From Haliotis rufescens (taxonomy: Eukaryota), in assembly GCF_023055435.1 (NCBI RefSeq), contig NW_025964372.1, positions 12,214,001 to 12,278,000 of the forward strand: 64,000 nt of DNA, given 5' to 3'. The translations under genes and the position numbers were made by a program. Below the pieces are notes generated by a model. That model ran no database searches and had not been told where the DNA came from. It saw only the letters and a program-made list of their open reading frames with translations. Below, one piece after another: positions 1 to 12,919 of the stretch (the first letter of the stretch is position 1; each line of letters opens with the position of its first letter).

Positions 1-563
1 AAATTATTGCAAATGCCAAGTTTTATACATCATTCTGTTTATAATTTTTTTTATTGAAACTATGATCTACGATGACAATATGCAGAAGTTTTCATATTGA
101 GCCACCACCTGGATTGGAAGAGAGTTTGACATTAAAATTTAGCCATATATTTTGGGGGGATTTTGCATTCCAAGAGTTGGCGTCGCGGCTTGTAAAAGAA
201 ATATTCTTGAAACTTTCATTCAAGTAAATATCTCTGCGAAGTCATTTGAACAGAAATGAAACATACACTGGTTCCTTCAGATTTATATTTTTTCTTAAGA
301 TTTCATGATGAAAAAAATAAATTTTAACTTTCTTTTTGCTTAACTCTGATTTAATTCCTTTAAACTAAAGTTGGACCCATATTTACTGATTAGATGTTTT
401 AAGTGGATACAGGAAACGTATGTTCTTTGTTTATTGCCTGCACTAAAAGCCACCACTGGAAATTGGAATGATGGAAGGGAGACAACTTTGAAACTATTTC
501 AATAATTATCTCCCTTTGATTAGTTAGCATTGATTAGCTTGAATTTACCAAGTCAATGGAAGT

Positions 564-1512
564 ACAGTGTTCCCTCACTATTACGCTCTTCAGTATAGTG
601 CAAACTCCTTTATAGTGCACTGTAAAGCATGGCTCCCAAAATACTAACATTTTTAATAAACTCAAGTTTTCCAATGATACATTGTTTTCCCCATCTAAAA
701 AAATATTATCAGCTGATCACCGGAAATACCAGTCAACAAATCCAAACTGAAGTACGCAATTTAATCCCATTATTACACTATCTTGTTATAAAAAGTTGTT
801 CATTGTTTATCTGGATTTATGTTTGTAATATATTTTATTAATTTTATTCAAAATTTCATTCAATAATGTTAACATAAATTTCGGCGAAATCATGTGTCAA
901 GTGATCAGTAGATCGCACAACTCACCGTGATTTACAGCAACCATGGGCAGATTACCGCTATTGACACCTTGAAACAAATTCTAATTGCAAGAGAATGGAT
1001 AAATATATCATTAATGCCATACTTTGACTCGTTAAAAGTTGTATTTGAGACAGTTTGACTATTAAATGTCAACACAACTTTTTCGCAATCGAAATACATG
1101 TAGCGTGGGAGGTCCCTACAGTGACCCTTATAACTTAAAATATATGGAGTGAAAGCTGCAACTAATATAACATGATACTAGAATATATTATTCCTGATAG
1201 AATAATAATTTCAGATGCAATTTATTCCCATGATTGCATCAAAATTCTTTCAAGTTGTATCATTGGGTACTTTTTTCCTGAATCACCGGTAGATTGGGAG
1301 GAAACGTGTGCACAGCTGATTGCTATTTCTGGCTTAGTTTACAAGAAAATACACACAGTAATCATAATCTCTGTAAATAAAACAATGCCTTGGAGAGCAG
1401 GAAATACAATTTAAATGGTAGATCATCATGTCTAGACCGCAGATGGTATATAATAAAGCTTATCAATTTTTGGGACCCCAAAGGTAGCCATGTAGCAAGG
1501 GATCCAAAGTGT
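564..1512. mobile_element. Possible old Tc1/pogo-like non-autonomous element
   Basis: Starts TACAGTGTTCCCTCACTATTACGC; weak inverted similarity at the far end (GGCTCCCAAAAT versus ATTTTTGGGACCC). Confidence 0.3.
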
Positions 1513-4319
1513 TGGAATTGTGTTAGCATTCCTTGCTCAGTGCTGCGATTGTACTAACATTTCTTAATCAGAATTGGAATTGTACTAACAATTCTTGTGT
1601 TAGCATTCCTTGATCGGTACATGGATTGTGTTCACGTTCCTGATTTTGTTTGTTTGTTGTTTAACGCCGCATTCAGCAATATTCAAGCTATATGATGGCG
1701 GTCTAAGTAAATAATTGAGTCTGGACCAGACAATCCAGTGATTGATATCATGAGCATCGATCCACACGATTGGGATTGATGACATGCGTCATCGACGAGC
1801 TTGACCATCCAATCCCATTAGTCTCCTCTTACAACAAGCATAGTTGCCTTTTACAGCAAGCATGGTTGCTGAAGACCTATTCAACCCCGGATCTTCACGG
1901 GTCGTTAACATTCCTGAAAGAGTGCTGGAATTATGTTAACATTCCTTGCTCAGTGCTGGAATTGTATTAACATTATTTGCTCAGTGCTGAAATTGTGTTA
2001 ACATGCCTTGCTCAGTGCAGGAATTGTGTTAACATTCCTGAAAAAGTGCTGGGATTGTGTTAACATTCCTGAAAAAGTGCTGGGATTGTGTTAACATTCC
2101 TGAAAGAGTGTTGGAAATGTGTTAGCATTCCTTGTTCAGTGCTGGGATTGTGTTAACATTCCTTGCTCAGTGTTGAAATTGTGTTAACATTCTTTGCTCA
2201 TTGCTGGGATTGTGTTAACATTCCTGAAAGAGTGTTTGAAATGTGTTAGCATTCCTTGCTCAGTGCTGGAATTGTGTTAACATTCTTTGCTCATTGCTGG
2301 AATTGTGTTACCATTCCTTGCTCAGTGCTAGAATTGTGTTAGCATTCCTTGCTCAATGCTGGGATTGTGTTAGCATTCCTTGCTCAGTGCTGGGATTGTG
2401 TTAGCATTCCTTTTGCTCATTGCTGGGATTGTGTTACCATTCCTGAAAGAGTGCTGGAATTGTATTAACATTCCTGAAAGAGTACTGGAATTGTATTAAC
2501 ATTCCTGAAAGAGTGCTGGAATTGTGTTAGCATTCCTTGCTCAGTGCTGGAATTGTGTTAACATTCCTGAAAGAGTGCTGGAATTGTGTTAACATTCCTA
2601 AAAGAGTGCTGGAATTGTGTTAACATTCCTGAAAGAGTGCTGGACTTGTGTTAACATTCCTGAAAGAGTGCTGGAATTGTCTTAACATTCCTGAAAGAGT
2701 GCTGGAATTGTGTTAACATTCCTAAAAGAGTGCTGGAATTGTGTTAACATTCCTGAAAGAGTGCTGGAATTGTGTTAACATTCCTGAAAGAGTCCTGGAA
2801 TTGTGTTACCATTCTTTGCTCAGTGCTGGAATTGTGTTAACATTCCTGAAAGAGTGCTGGAATTGTGTTAACATTCCTTGCTCAGTGCTGGAATTGTGCT
2901 AGCATTCCTTGCTCAGTGCTGGAATTGTGTTAACATTCCTTGCTCAGTGCTGGAATTGTGTTAGCATTCCTTGCTCAGTGTTGGAATTGTGTTAACATTC
3001 GTGAAAGAGTGCTGGAATTGTGTTAACATTCCTGAAAGAGTCCTGGAATTGTGTTAACATTCTTTGCTCAGTGCTGGAATTGTGTTAACATTCCTGAAAG
3101 AGTGCTGGAATTGTGTTAACATTCCTGAAAGAGTGCTGGAATTGTGTTAACATTCCTTGCTCAGTGCTGGAATTGTGTTAACATTCCTTGCTCAGTGCTG
3201 GAATAGTGTTAACATTCCTTGCTCAGTGCTGGAATTGTGTTACCATTCTTTGGTCAGTGCTGGAATTGTGTTTACATTCCTTGCTCAGTGCTGGAATTGT
3301 GTTTACATTCCTTGCTCAGTGCTGGAATTGTGTTTACATTCCTTGCTCAGTGCTGGAATTGTGTTAACATTCCTTGCTCAGTGCTGGAATTGTGTTAACA
3401 TTCCTTGCTCTGTGCTGGAATTGTGTTTACATTCCTTGCTCTGTGCTGGAATTGTGTTAACATTCCTTGCTCAGTGCTGGAATTGTGTTTACATTCCTTG
3501 CTTAGTGCTGGAATTGTGTTAACATTCCTTGCTCAGTGTTGGAATTGTGTTAACATTCTTGAAAGAGTGCTGGAATTGTGTTAACATTCCTGAAAGAGTC
3601 CTGGAATTGTGTTACCATTCTTTGCTCAGTGCTGGAATTGTGTTAACATTCCTGAAAGAGTGCTGGAATTGTGTTAACATTCCTTGCTCAGTGCTGGAAT
3701 TGTGCTAGCATTCCTTGCTCAGTGCTGGAATTGTGTTAACATTCCTTGCTCAGTGCTGGAATTGTGTTAACATTCTTTGCTCAGTGCTGGAATTGTGTTT
3801 ACATTCCTTGCTCAGTGCTGGAATTGTGTTAACATTCCTTGCTCAGTGCTGGAATTGTGTTTACATTCCTTGCTCAGTGCTGGAATTGTGTTTACATTCC
3901 TTGCTCAGTGCTGGAATTGTGTTAACATTCCTTGCTCAGTGCTGGAATTGTGTTTACATTCCTTGCTCAGTGCTGGAATTGTGTTAACATTCCTTTCTCA
4001 GTGCTGGAATTGTGTTAACATTCCTTGCTCAGTGCTGGAATTGTGTTAACATTCCTTGCTCAGTGCTGGAATTGTGTTAACATTCCTTGCTCAGTGCTGG
4101 AATTGTGTTAACATTCCTTGCTCAGTGCTGGAATTGTGTTAACATTCCTTGCTCAGTGCTGGAATTGTGTTTGCATTCCTTGCTCAGTGCTGGAATTGTG
4201 TTAACATTCCTTGCTCAGTGCTGGAATTGTGTTTACATTCCTTGCTCAATGCTGGGATTGTGTTTACATTCCTTGCTCAATGCTGGGATTGTGTTAACTA
4301 TTCCGAAAGAGTGCTGGAA
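1510..4319. repeat. 31-bp minisatellite (GTGCTGGAATTGTGTTAACATTCCTTGCTCA), interrupted by a SINE
   Basis: About 80 tandem copies with TTGCTCA/TGAAAGA variants; the unit is quasi-palindromic around GTTAAC. Confidence 0.95.
1646..1904 (-). mobile_element. SINE-like retroposon
   Basis: Minus strand ends in GAATATTGCTGAATGCGGCGTTAAAC plus an (AAAC)n tail, similar to the 3' end of the tRNA-SINE at 47586; related sequence at 29908-29975 and 32497-32612. Confidence 0.7.
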
Positions 4320-4631
4320 CAAAGGAACAAACCTCCCCTTTTAGATATTTAAAAAAATAAGTATCACTCTATTTTCAGAATTTTGTTTTCATTACAACTG
4401 GGTTTCCATCTAAAATTCCACAAGTCATATAAACCCAATAATTCCAATAGACATGCAACAAGATAGTCCCATGATTCACTTACCTTTCCTAGGTTTCACG
4501 AACTAAGTTCCTATGATGAAAGACAAAATGATAATGATGGATTTGTAATTTCTTCTTCTTTTGATGAAACTGAGAGTATCTAGAGAAATTTTGACAGAAC
4601 TTGTTAACAGAGTGTGTTTGTTGTATTTCAG

Positions 4632-4748
4632 TATTTTCCTGGTCGGGAGGAGATAATTTCATACCTGAACAATGTCAAGAAGTGGCTAAACACTGTAACA
4701 GGCAAACTGAGAGGAGAGGCGTGGTCCAGACAACTAGATGCCATACAG
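4632..4748 (+). CDS. QSOX: QSOX internal exon (helix-rich region before the ERV domain)
   Basis: TTTCAG acceptor and CAG|GTACAC donor; 117 bp translating YFPGREEIISYLNNVKKWLNTVTGKLRGEAWSRQLDAIQ, matching the YFPGR..FL..W segment of QSOX proteins; phase 0 joins the next exon. Upstream exons were not found in this window. Confidence 0.88.
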
Positions 4749-6951
4749 GTACACACATAGGGTTGTCATGACAGCTGGATGCCATACATGCAAACACATA
4801 GGATTGTCATGACAGCTAGATGCCATACAGGTACAGACATAGGGTTGTCATGACAGCTAGATACCATGCATGTACACACATAGGGTTGCCATGACAGCTG
4901 GATGCCATACAGGTACAGACATAGGGTTGTCATGACAGCTAGATACCATGCATGTACACACATAGGGTTGCCATGACAGCTGGATGCCATACAGGTACAG
5001 ACATAGGGTTGTCATGACAGCTAGATACCATGCATGTACACACATAGGGTTGTCATGACAGCTGGATGCCATACATGTACACACATAGGATTGTCATGAC
5101 AGCTAGATGCCAAACATGTACACACAAAGGGTTGTCATGACAACTAGATGCCATACATGTCGGACACAGGGTTGTCATGACAGCTGGATGCCATACATGT
5201 ACACACATAGGGTTGCCATGACAGCTAGATGCCAAACATGTACGCACAAAGGGTTGTCATGACAGCTAGATGCTATACATGTACACACAAAGGGTTGTCA
5301 TGACAGCTAGATGCCATACATGTACACACATAGATTTGTCATGACAGCTGGATGCCAAACATGTACACACAAAGGGTTGTCATGACAGCTAGATGCCATA
5401 CATGTACACACAAAGGGTTGTCATGACAGCGAGATGCCACACATGTACACACATAGAATTGTCATGACAGCTAGATGCCATACATGTACACACAAAGGAT
5501 TGTCATGACAGCTGGATGCCAAACATGTACACACATAGGATTGTCATGACAGCTAGATGCCATACATGTACACAGAAAGGGTTGTCATGAACAGCTGGAT
5601 GCCAAACATGTACACACATAGGGTTGCCATGACAACTAGATGCCATATGGGTTCACACAAAGGGTTGTCATGACAGCTGGATGCCAAACATGTATACACA
5701 TAGGATTGTCATGACAGCTGGATGCCAAACATGTACACACATGGGGTTATCATGACAGCTAGATGCCATATGGGTACACACATAGGGTTGTTATGACAGC
5801 TAGATGCCATGTATGTACACACAAAGGGTTGTCATGACAACTAGATGTCATATGGGTACACACATAGGGTTATCATGACAGCTAGATGCCATACATGTAC
5901 ATACATAGGGTTATCATGACAGCTAGATGCCACACATGTACACACATAGGGTTGTGATGACAGCAAGATGCCAAATGGGTACAAACATAGGGTTGTCATG
6001 ACAGCTAGATGCCATATGGGTACACACAAAATGTTGTCATGACAGCTGGATGCCAAACATGAACACACATAGGATTGTCATGACAGCTGGATGCCAAATA
6101 TGTACACACTTAGGGTTGTCATGACAGCTGGATGCCAAACATGTACACACATAGGGTTGTCATGACAGCTAGATGCCATATAGGTACACACAAAGGGTTG
6201 CATGACAGCTGGATGCCAAACATGTACACACATAGGATTTTCATGACAGGTAGATGCCATACATGTACACACATATGGTTGTTATGACAACTAGATGTCA
6301 TATGGGTACACACATAGGGTTGTCATGACAGCTAGATGCCATACATGTACACACATAGGGTTGTCATGACAGCGAGATGCCACACATGTAAACACATAGG
6401 GTTGCCATGACAGCTCGATGCAATATAGGTACACACATAGGGTTGCCATGACAGCTAGATGCCATATGGGTACACACATAGGGTTGTGATGACAGCTGGA
6501 TGCCATACATGTACACACATAGGGTTGTCATGACAGCTAGATGCCATATGGGTACACACATAGGGTTGTTATGACAGCTAGATGCCATGTATGTACACAC
6601 ATAGGGTTGTCATGACAACTAGATGTCATATGGGTACACACATAGGATTATCATGACAGCTAGATGCCATACATGTACACAAATAGGGTTGTCCTGACAG
6701 CGAGATGCCACACATGTACACACATAGGGTTGTGATGACAGCTAGATGCCATATGGGTACACACATAGGGTTGTGATGACAGCTGGATGCCATGTATGTA
6801 CACACATAGGGTTGTGATGACAGCTGGATGGCATACATGTACACACATAGGGTTGCCATGACAGCTAGATGCCATATAGGTACACACATAGGGTTGTCAT
6901 GACAGCTAGATGCATTTCATGTACCCACAGGGTTGTCATGAAAGCTAGATG
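4729..6951 (+). repeat. 41-bp minisatellite derived from the QSOX 5' splice junction
   Basis: About 54 copies of GACAGCTAGATGCCATACATGTACACACATAGGGTTGTCAT; the first copy spans the exon end and the GT donor. Confidence 0.95.
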
Positions 6952-9566
6952 TCCTGTATGATCTGTATGTTACCAGAAGTAACTGACATCCTGTAGTATC
7001 TGTATGTCACCAGGAGTAACTGACATCCTGTAGTATATGTATGTCGCCAGAAGTAACTGACATCCTGTATGATCTGTATGTCACCAGAAGTAACTGACAT
7101 CCTGTATGATCTGTATGTCACCAGAAGTAACTGATGTGTTGTATGATTTGTATGTTACCAGAAGTAACTGACATCCTGTATGATCTGTATGTCACCAGAA
7201 GTAACTGATCTGCTGTATGATTTGTATGTTACCAGAAGTAACTGACATCCTGTAGTATCTGTATGTTACCAGAAGAGACTGATGTGCTGTATGATTTGTA
7301 TGTTACCAGAAGTAACTGACATCCTGTATCATTTGTATGTTACCAGAAGTAACTGACAACCTATAGTATCTGTATGTCACCAGAAGTAACTGACATCCTG
7401 TATGATCTGTATGTCACCAGAAGTAACTGACATCCTGTATGATCTGTATGTTACCAGAAGTAACTGACATCCTGAATGATCTGTATGTCACCAGAAGTAA
7501 CTGACATCCTGTATGATCTGTATGTTACCAGAAGTGACTGATGTGCTGTATGATTTGTATGTTACCAGAAGTAACTGACATCCTGTATGATCTGTATGTT
7601 ACCAGAAGTAACTGACATCCTGTATGATCTGTATGTTACCAGAAGTAACTGACATCCTGTATGATCTGTATGTCACCAGAAGTAACTGATCTGCTGTATG
7701 ATTTGTATGTTACCAGAAGTAACTGACATCCTGTAGTATCTGTATGTTACCAGAAGAGACTGATGTGCTGTATGATTTGTATGTTACCAGAAGTAACTGA
7801 CATCCTGTATGATTTGTATGTTACCAGAAGTAACTGACAACCTGTAGTATCTGTATGTCACCAGAAGTAACTGACATCCTGTATGATCTGTATGTCACCA
7901 GAAGTAACTGACATCCTGTATGATCTGTATGTTACCAGAAGTAACTGACATCCTGAATGATCTGTATGTCACCAGAAGTAACTGACATCCTGTATGATCT
8001 GTATGTTACCAGAAGTGACTGATGTGCGGTATGATTTGTATGTTACCAGAAGTAACTGACATCCTGTATGATCTGTATGTCACCAGAAGTAACTGACATC
8101 CTGTATGATCTGTATGTTACCAGAAGTAACTGACATCCTGTATGATCTGTATGTTACCAGAAGTAGCTGACATCCTGTATGATCTGTATGTTACCAGAAG
8201 TAACTGACAACCTGTAGTATCTGTATGTCACCAGAAGTAACTGACATCCTGTATGATCTGTATGTCACCAGAAGTAACTGACATCCTGTATGATCTGTAT
8301 GTTACCAGAAGTAACTGACATCCTGTATGATCTGTATGTTACCAGAAGTAACTGACATCCTGTATGATCTGTATGTCACCAGAAGTAACTGACATCCTGT
8401 ATGATCTGTATGTCACCAGAAGTAACTGACATCCTGTATGATCTGTATGTTACCAGAAGTAACTGACATCCTGAATGATCTGTATGTTACCAGAAGTAAC
8501 TGACATCCTGTATGATCTGTATGTTACCAGAAGTAACTGACATCCTGTATGATCTGTATGTTACCAGAAGTAACTGACATCCTGTATGATCTGTATGTTA
8601 CCAGAAGTAACTGACATCCTGTATGATCTGTATGTCACCAGAAGTAACTGACATCCTGTATGATCTGTATGTCACCAGAAGTAACTGACATCCTGTATGA
8701 TCTGTATGTTACCAGAAGTAACTGACATCCTGAATGATCTGTATGTCACCAGAAGTAACTGATGTGCTGTATGATTTGTATGTTACCAGAAGTGACTGAC
8801 ATCCTGTAGTATCTGTATGTCACCAGAAGTGACTGACATCCTGTATGATCTGTATGTCACCAGAAGTAACTGACAACCTGTATGATCTGTATGTTACCAG
8901 AAGTAACTGACATCCTGTATGATCTGTATGTTACCAGGAGTAACTGACATCCTGAATGATCTGTATGTCACCAGAAGTAACTGATGTGCTGTATGATTTG
9001 TATGTTACCAGAAGTGACTGACATCCTGTAGTATCTGTATGTCACCAGAAGTAACTGACATCCTGTAGTATCTGTATGTCACCAGAAGTAACTGACATCC
9101 TGTATGATCTGTATGTCACCAGAAGTAACTGACATCCTGTATGATCTGTATGTCACCAGAAGTAACTGACATCCTGTATGATCTGTATGTTACCAGAAGT
9201 GACTGATGTGCTGTATGATCTGTTTGTCACCAGAAGTAACTGATGTGTTGTATGATTTGTATGTTACCAGAAGTAACTGACATCCTGTAGTATCTGTATG
9301 TCACCAGAAGTAACTGACATCCTGTATGATCTGTATGTTACCAGAAGTAACTGACATCCTGTATGATCTGTATGTTACCAGAAGTAACTGACATCCTGTA
9401 TGATCTGTATGTTACCAGGAGTAACTGACATCCTGTATGATCTGTATGTCACCAGAAGTAGCTGACATCCTGTATGATCTGTTTGTCACCAGAAGTAACT
9501 GATGTGTTGTATGATCTGTATGTCACGAGAAGTAACTGACATCCTGTATGATCTTTATGTTACCAG
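6952..9566 (+). repeat. 37-bp minisatellite derived from the QSOX 3' splice site
   Basis: About 70 copies of AAGTAACTGACATCCTGTATGATCTGTATGTTACCAG; the last copy supplies the real acceptor AG. Confidence 0.95.
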
Positions 9567-9702
9567 GCCAAAGGGAGTTTCCTGCCAGATGATGTGACAT
9601 GGGTTGGCTGTGCTGGTAGTGAGACACGTTACCGTGGTTACCCTTGTGGCATGTGGACACTGTTTCATACACTTACTGTTTCCTCTCATCTGTCTCATCT
9701 CA
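9567..9702 (+). CDS. QSOX: QSOX exon, start of ERV/ALR domain
   Basis: TTACCAG acceptor, A|GTAAGT donor; AKGSFLPDDVTWVGCAGSETRYRGYPCGMWTLFHTLTV carries the QSOX W.GC.GS....RG.PC..W.LFH motif; ends in phase 1. Confidence 0.95.
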
Positions 9703-10149
9703 GTAAGTATTCATGAGATTTTGGCTCTCAGTAAAGATCCCCCCCCCCCCCCCCCCCCCCCCCCCAGTTACTATAAGGTTAACAGAGATTCCCCCTACCC
9801 CCCCTCCTCTGCCAGTTTATATTAGGTTGACATAGATTTCCACCCTCCCCTCCATGCTATACAGATGTCCTCTTTACTGCCACTATATCTAATAGTTGTG
9901 AGGCAAACCCTATCCTCCACACTGATGCAACTGCTCATGCACGAGGCAGCAAAATGTTATGTCTTTCCTGTGTGTCCAGATGTAAACACATGATGTATCA
10001 CATCTGAACACATTTTGTTTTGTTATTTCACACTGTAACTTCTTCAATTCTTGAGATTGTCTTAAAGACAAGTACAGACAAACATGGAGCAGAATTTACA
10101 GATTAGGTGAGTATTACATGAAAGATCGTTCTTGTATGTAGTTAGTTTA

Positions 10150-12100
10150 GAAATGTTTGGTGGGAGATGGACTCACCCTCTCCGTCACCATCTGGCGTGT
10201 GCTCAGTGTGCTGCATGGATCAAGTGACTGCTGATCCACACCCTAGATGCCAGTCATGAAAAAAGAGCGTGTGTTCTCTAAGCTCTAGATGTAACTCCTG
10301 CAAACATCTATCTCAGCAGAAGTTTGATAAGCCTTCAGAGTCTTGGGATACTAAGCCAATACTAGATCATTAACAAAAACGTTGACCGTACTAACTACAA
10401 CTAAGAATTGGATGAAAGCAGATGAAGTGTCTCTTCCTGGATTGCTTTCCTCCACAGGGAAACACTCTGGGTGACAAGATGGTGACACAAAGAGGCGCCG
10501 TCTCCCCTAGAAGGGGGAGTTCTCATTGCCTGTCCCATCCTCCCCTTGATGAAAAGGAGCAGGTGTACCTCGCTGGATGTCAATCCACTGATGTATGTGG
10601 GGCCTGAAGGGAAGGGTGGGCACTCCATCTAAACCCACTGCTGTCCCTTAACCTGCATCAGTTCTCTCTAAAACCATATCTTGATCCATGTCAGCACTAA
10701 CATCATCCGTATCTCAGGAGATACTGAAATTACAAAATACTCTCTCGGCAAGGATGTACTGGTTGATCAAAATTCTAGGATATATCAGATTATGAAAGAG
10801 CATTGCCAAAGTTGTAAATGGAGTCGGTCAAGAAGCTAAGGAGCTCCCTCAGACAAGGATGTTATAAGATAAATCCCGACCTACAGGTAGCCTGTCTTCA
10901 CATCCCCATGCATCCAAGTTGTCGACCTTATCTACAATTTGCAGTCAACGGGCAGAGGTTCAAGTTAAACGTTCTATTGTTCGGCTCCATTGCTGTGTAC
11001 CCTAATCACCAACCCCGTCATTGGCTTTGCTTATCTAAATCTAGTAAGACAGCACATCAATGACTTCCTATCGGCCAATCATTACAAATCATAAATCAAT
11101 CAAAACACAGTCTTCATTATTCAACTACTTTCATACCTACCGGTAGGCTTCCTGGTTAACCCTGACAAGTCAGTGTAAGTACCTTCTCAAGACATCTTCT
11201 ATAAAGGGGCATGGTCTCAACTTATCATGGGAATCCTTGAACCTCGGTAAAACAGATAAGCAAGTGATACAATCTTAAGCACACACCCAACCAGGTTGTT
11301 GGGAGGTAGTATCCACATTCCCCACTGGGTCTCTGCTAGACAGAGTACTGAGGACGATGAAGGACACGGATTGCCTGATCATACTGATACCTCCAGCATG
11401 GCCCTACAGAACATGGTTAAAAAGTTGTAACTGCTCCTAATGGAAGAGCATAGCAAACTTCTGCACCGAGACCCTACACCTGGAAATTATCATGGCAAAA
11501 ATGCAAGCCTAAGTCAGCTGCACAAACAGTGGCAAGCACATGGAGGCTAGCTTCATCAGCCATCTGTACAAGAGATACCTATAAATGCTGATTTCCTTCT
11601 CCATCCCAGAAAGAATAAGAATTTCAGACATGGCATGATTGAAGACTACAGAACGTGATGGACACTCTCAGTAGGTACTCACCCAGTACTAAATCGACTT
11701 ATGAGGTCATATTCACAGGAATACTATGCACATTTCCTAAATGGAATTTATCTTTTGTGCTATTAGCTGTTATGGAACCACCATACGAACCCATGTGAAA
11801 TACTACACTGCCAACAGCTTCGAAAATGACAGCTTTTCTCCTAGCTGTGGCCCTAGGTGTCAGCAAGCAGACCATTGATATGCACAAGACTGGAGCAGAA
11901 TATCTTTCAGGTCAAAAATCAGTCGTTAGCATTGGCCATAGACAATAAATGATCTTTGCCAGCGAAGATTCCAGGGAGTACCAAGACACAAGGTGAGTTG
12001 GCATTTCAATCCTTGTCTACTGGTGGTGGGCAGATCTCAGGCTAACACCTGGAATCATGGATCTGTGTGACATAAAGTTTCTCCATGTAATTCTTGGCCA
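10150..12100 (+). mobile_element. Decayed DIRS1-like tyrosine-recombinase retrotransposon in a QSOX intron
   Basis: RT-like DLQVACLHIPMHPSCRPYLQFAVNGQRFKLNVLLFG (10818-), GFLVNPDKS (about 11146), LILIPPAWP (about 11375) and YR-like PKWNLSFVL..MEPPYEPM...TAFLLAVA (about 11735-11850), in DIRS order; many stops and frameshifts. Boundaries approximate. Confidence 0.75.
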
Positions 12101-12448
12101 CAGGGAAATTACATCACAGGAGACATCAATACTGGAAAAAAGTCAAATATATGAAATATCACCGACAGGAAACAGAAGTGACGTCATCAGTGGGAAATGA
12201 TGACTTATTTATAAGCCCGAGAAGTGGTAATGGATATTGTTGTGTTAGCCTAAAGTGCAACAAGTTATATCCATCAGAAGTGACGTCACAAGTGATCTCA
12301 GAAGTGGTGATGTCAGAAGTATGCCCAGTATCACACAAAGGAAACAAAACTCATGGAAACATAGAAAGGGAAGTGACATCTTTAAATGCTGAAACTAGAG
12401 GATCTGGAAGCCACATCATCTGCCCAACCTCGTGGGTGCGTTAATGCG

Positions 12449-12833
12449 AGCCATATGCACACCTAAGGGGTCTCTATACAGAAATTCAAGTTTGATGACA
12501 GAAAGTTCTTGAGCCATTAGTGCTATTAATTTTGATTGAAAGTTCTACGAATTTGATAGTCTGTCTTTGGAACTGTTGTAAAAACTGAAATGCCTAAGCG
12601 TACTTTCCCAGAAAATCAAAGGTGGCAAATCACTGGCATGTCATGTCGGGCTATTGTGTTGAAAATTCATCATACTGTCATCAGTTGACTCGTTAGAAAA
12701 CTCACATTGCATAGACATGTGAGGGACTTGCCGAGATCAGGATGTCAAAGGAAGACCAGTGCCAGAGGGTACAGGGTCCTTGTACCCCAAAATGGCTGAC
12801 AACTTCAACTTGCACTGTTCTTCGTCATCACTG
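12449..12833 (+). mobile_element. Tc1/mariner transposon 5' fragment
   Basis: MPKR..ENQRWQI.GM...HVRDLPRSG fragment, homologous to 27230-27680; followed by (TA)n. Confidence 0.7.
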
Positions 12834-12855
12834 GTTTATATATATAATTATTGGA

Positions 12856-12857
<2 letters not shown>

Positions 12858-12917
<60 letters not shown>
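12858..12917. repeat. (TA)n microsatellite
   Basis: About 30 TA units. Confidence 0.95.

Positions 12918-12919
<2 letters not shown>

Noticed and set aside
3157-6889. Cys-rich ORFs in the ORF track
   Set aside because: They are translations of 31- and 41-bp repeats in several frames; unit lengths are not multiples of three.
1510-9566. 31-41-bp periodic arrays as CRISPR arrays
   Set aside because: Units are head-to-tail with no unique spacers, there are no cas genes, and the context is spliceosomal introns.
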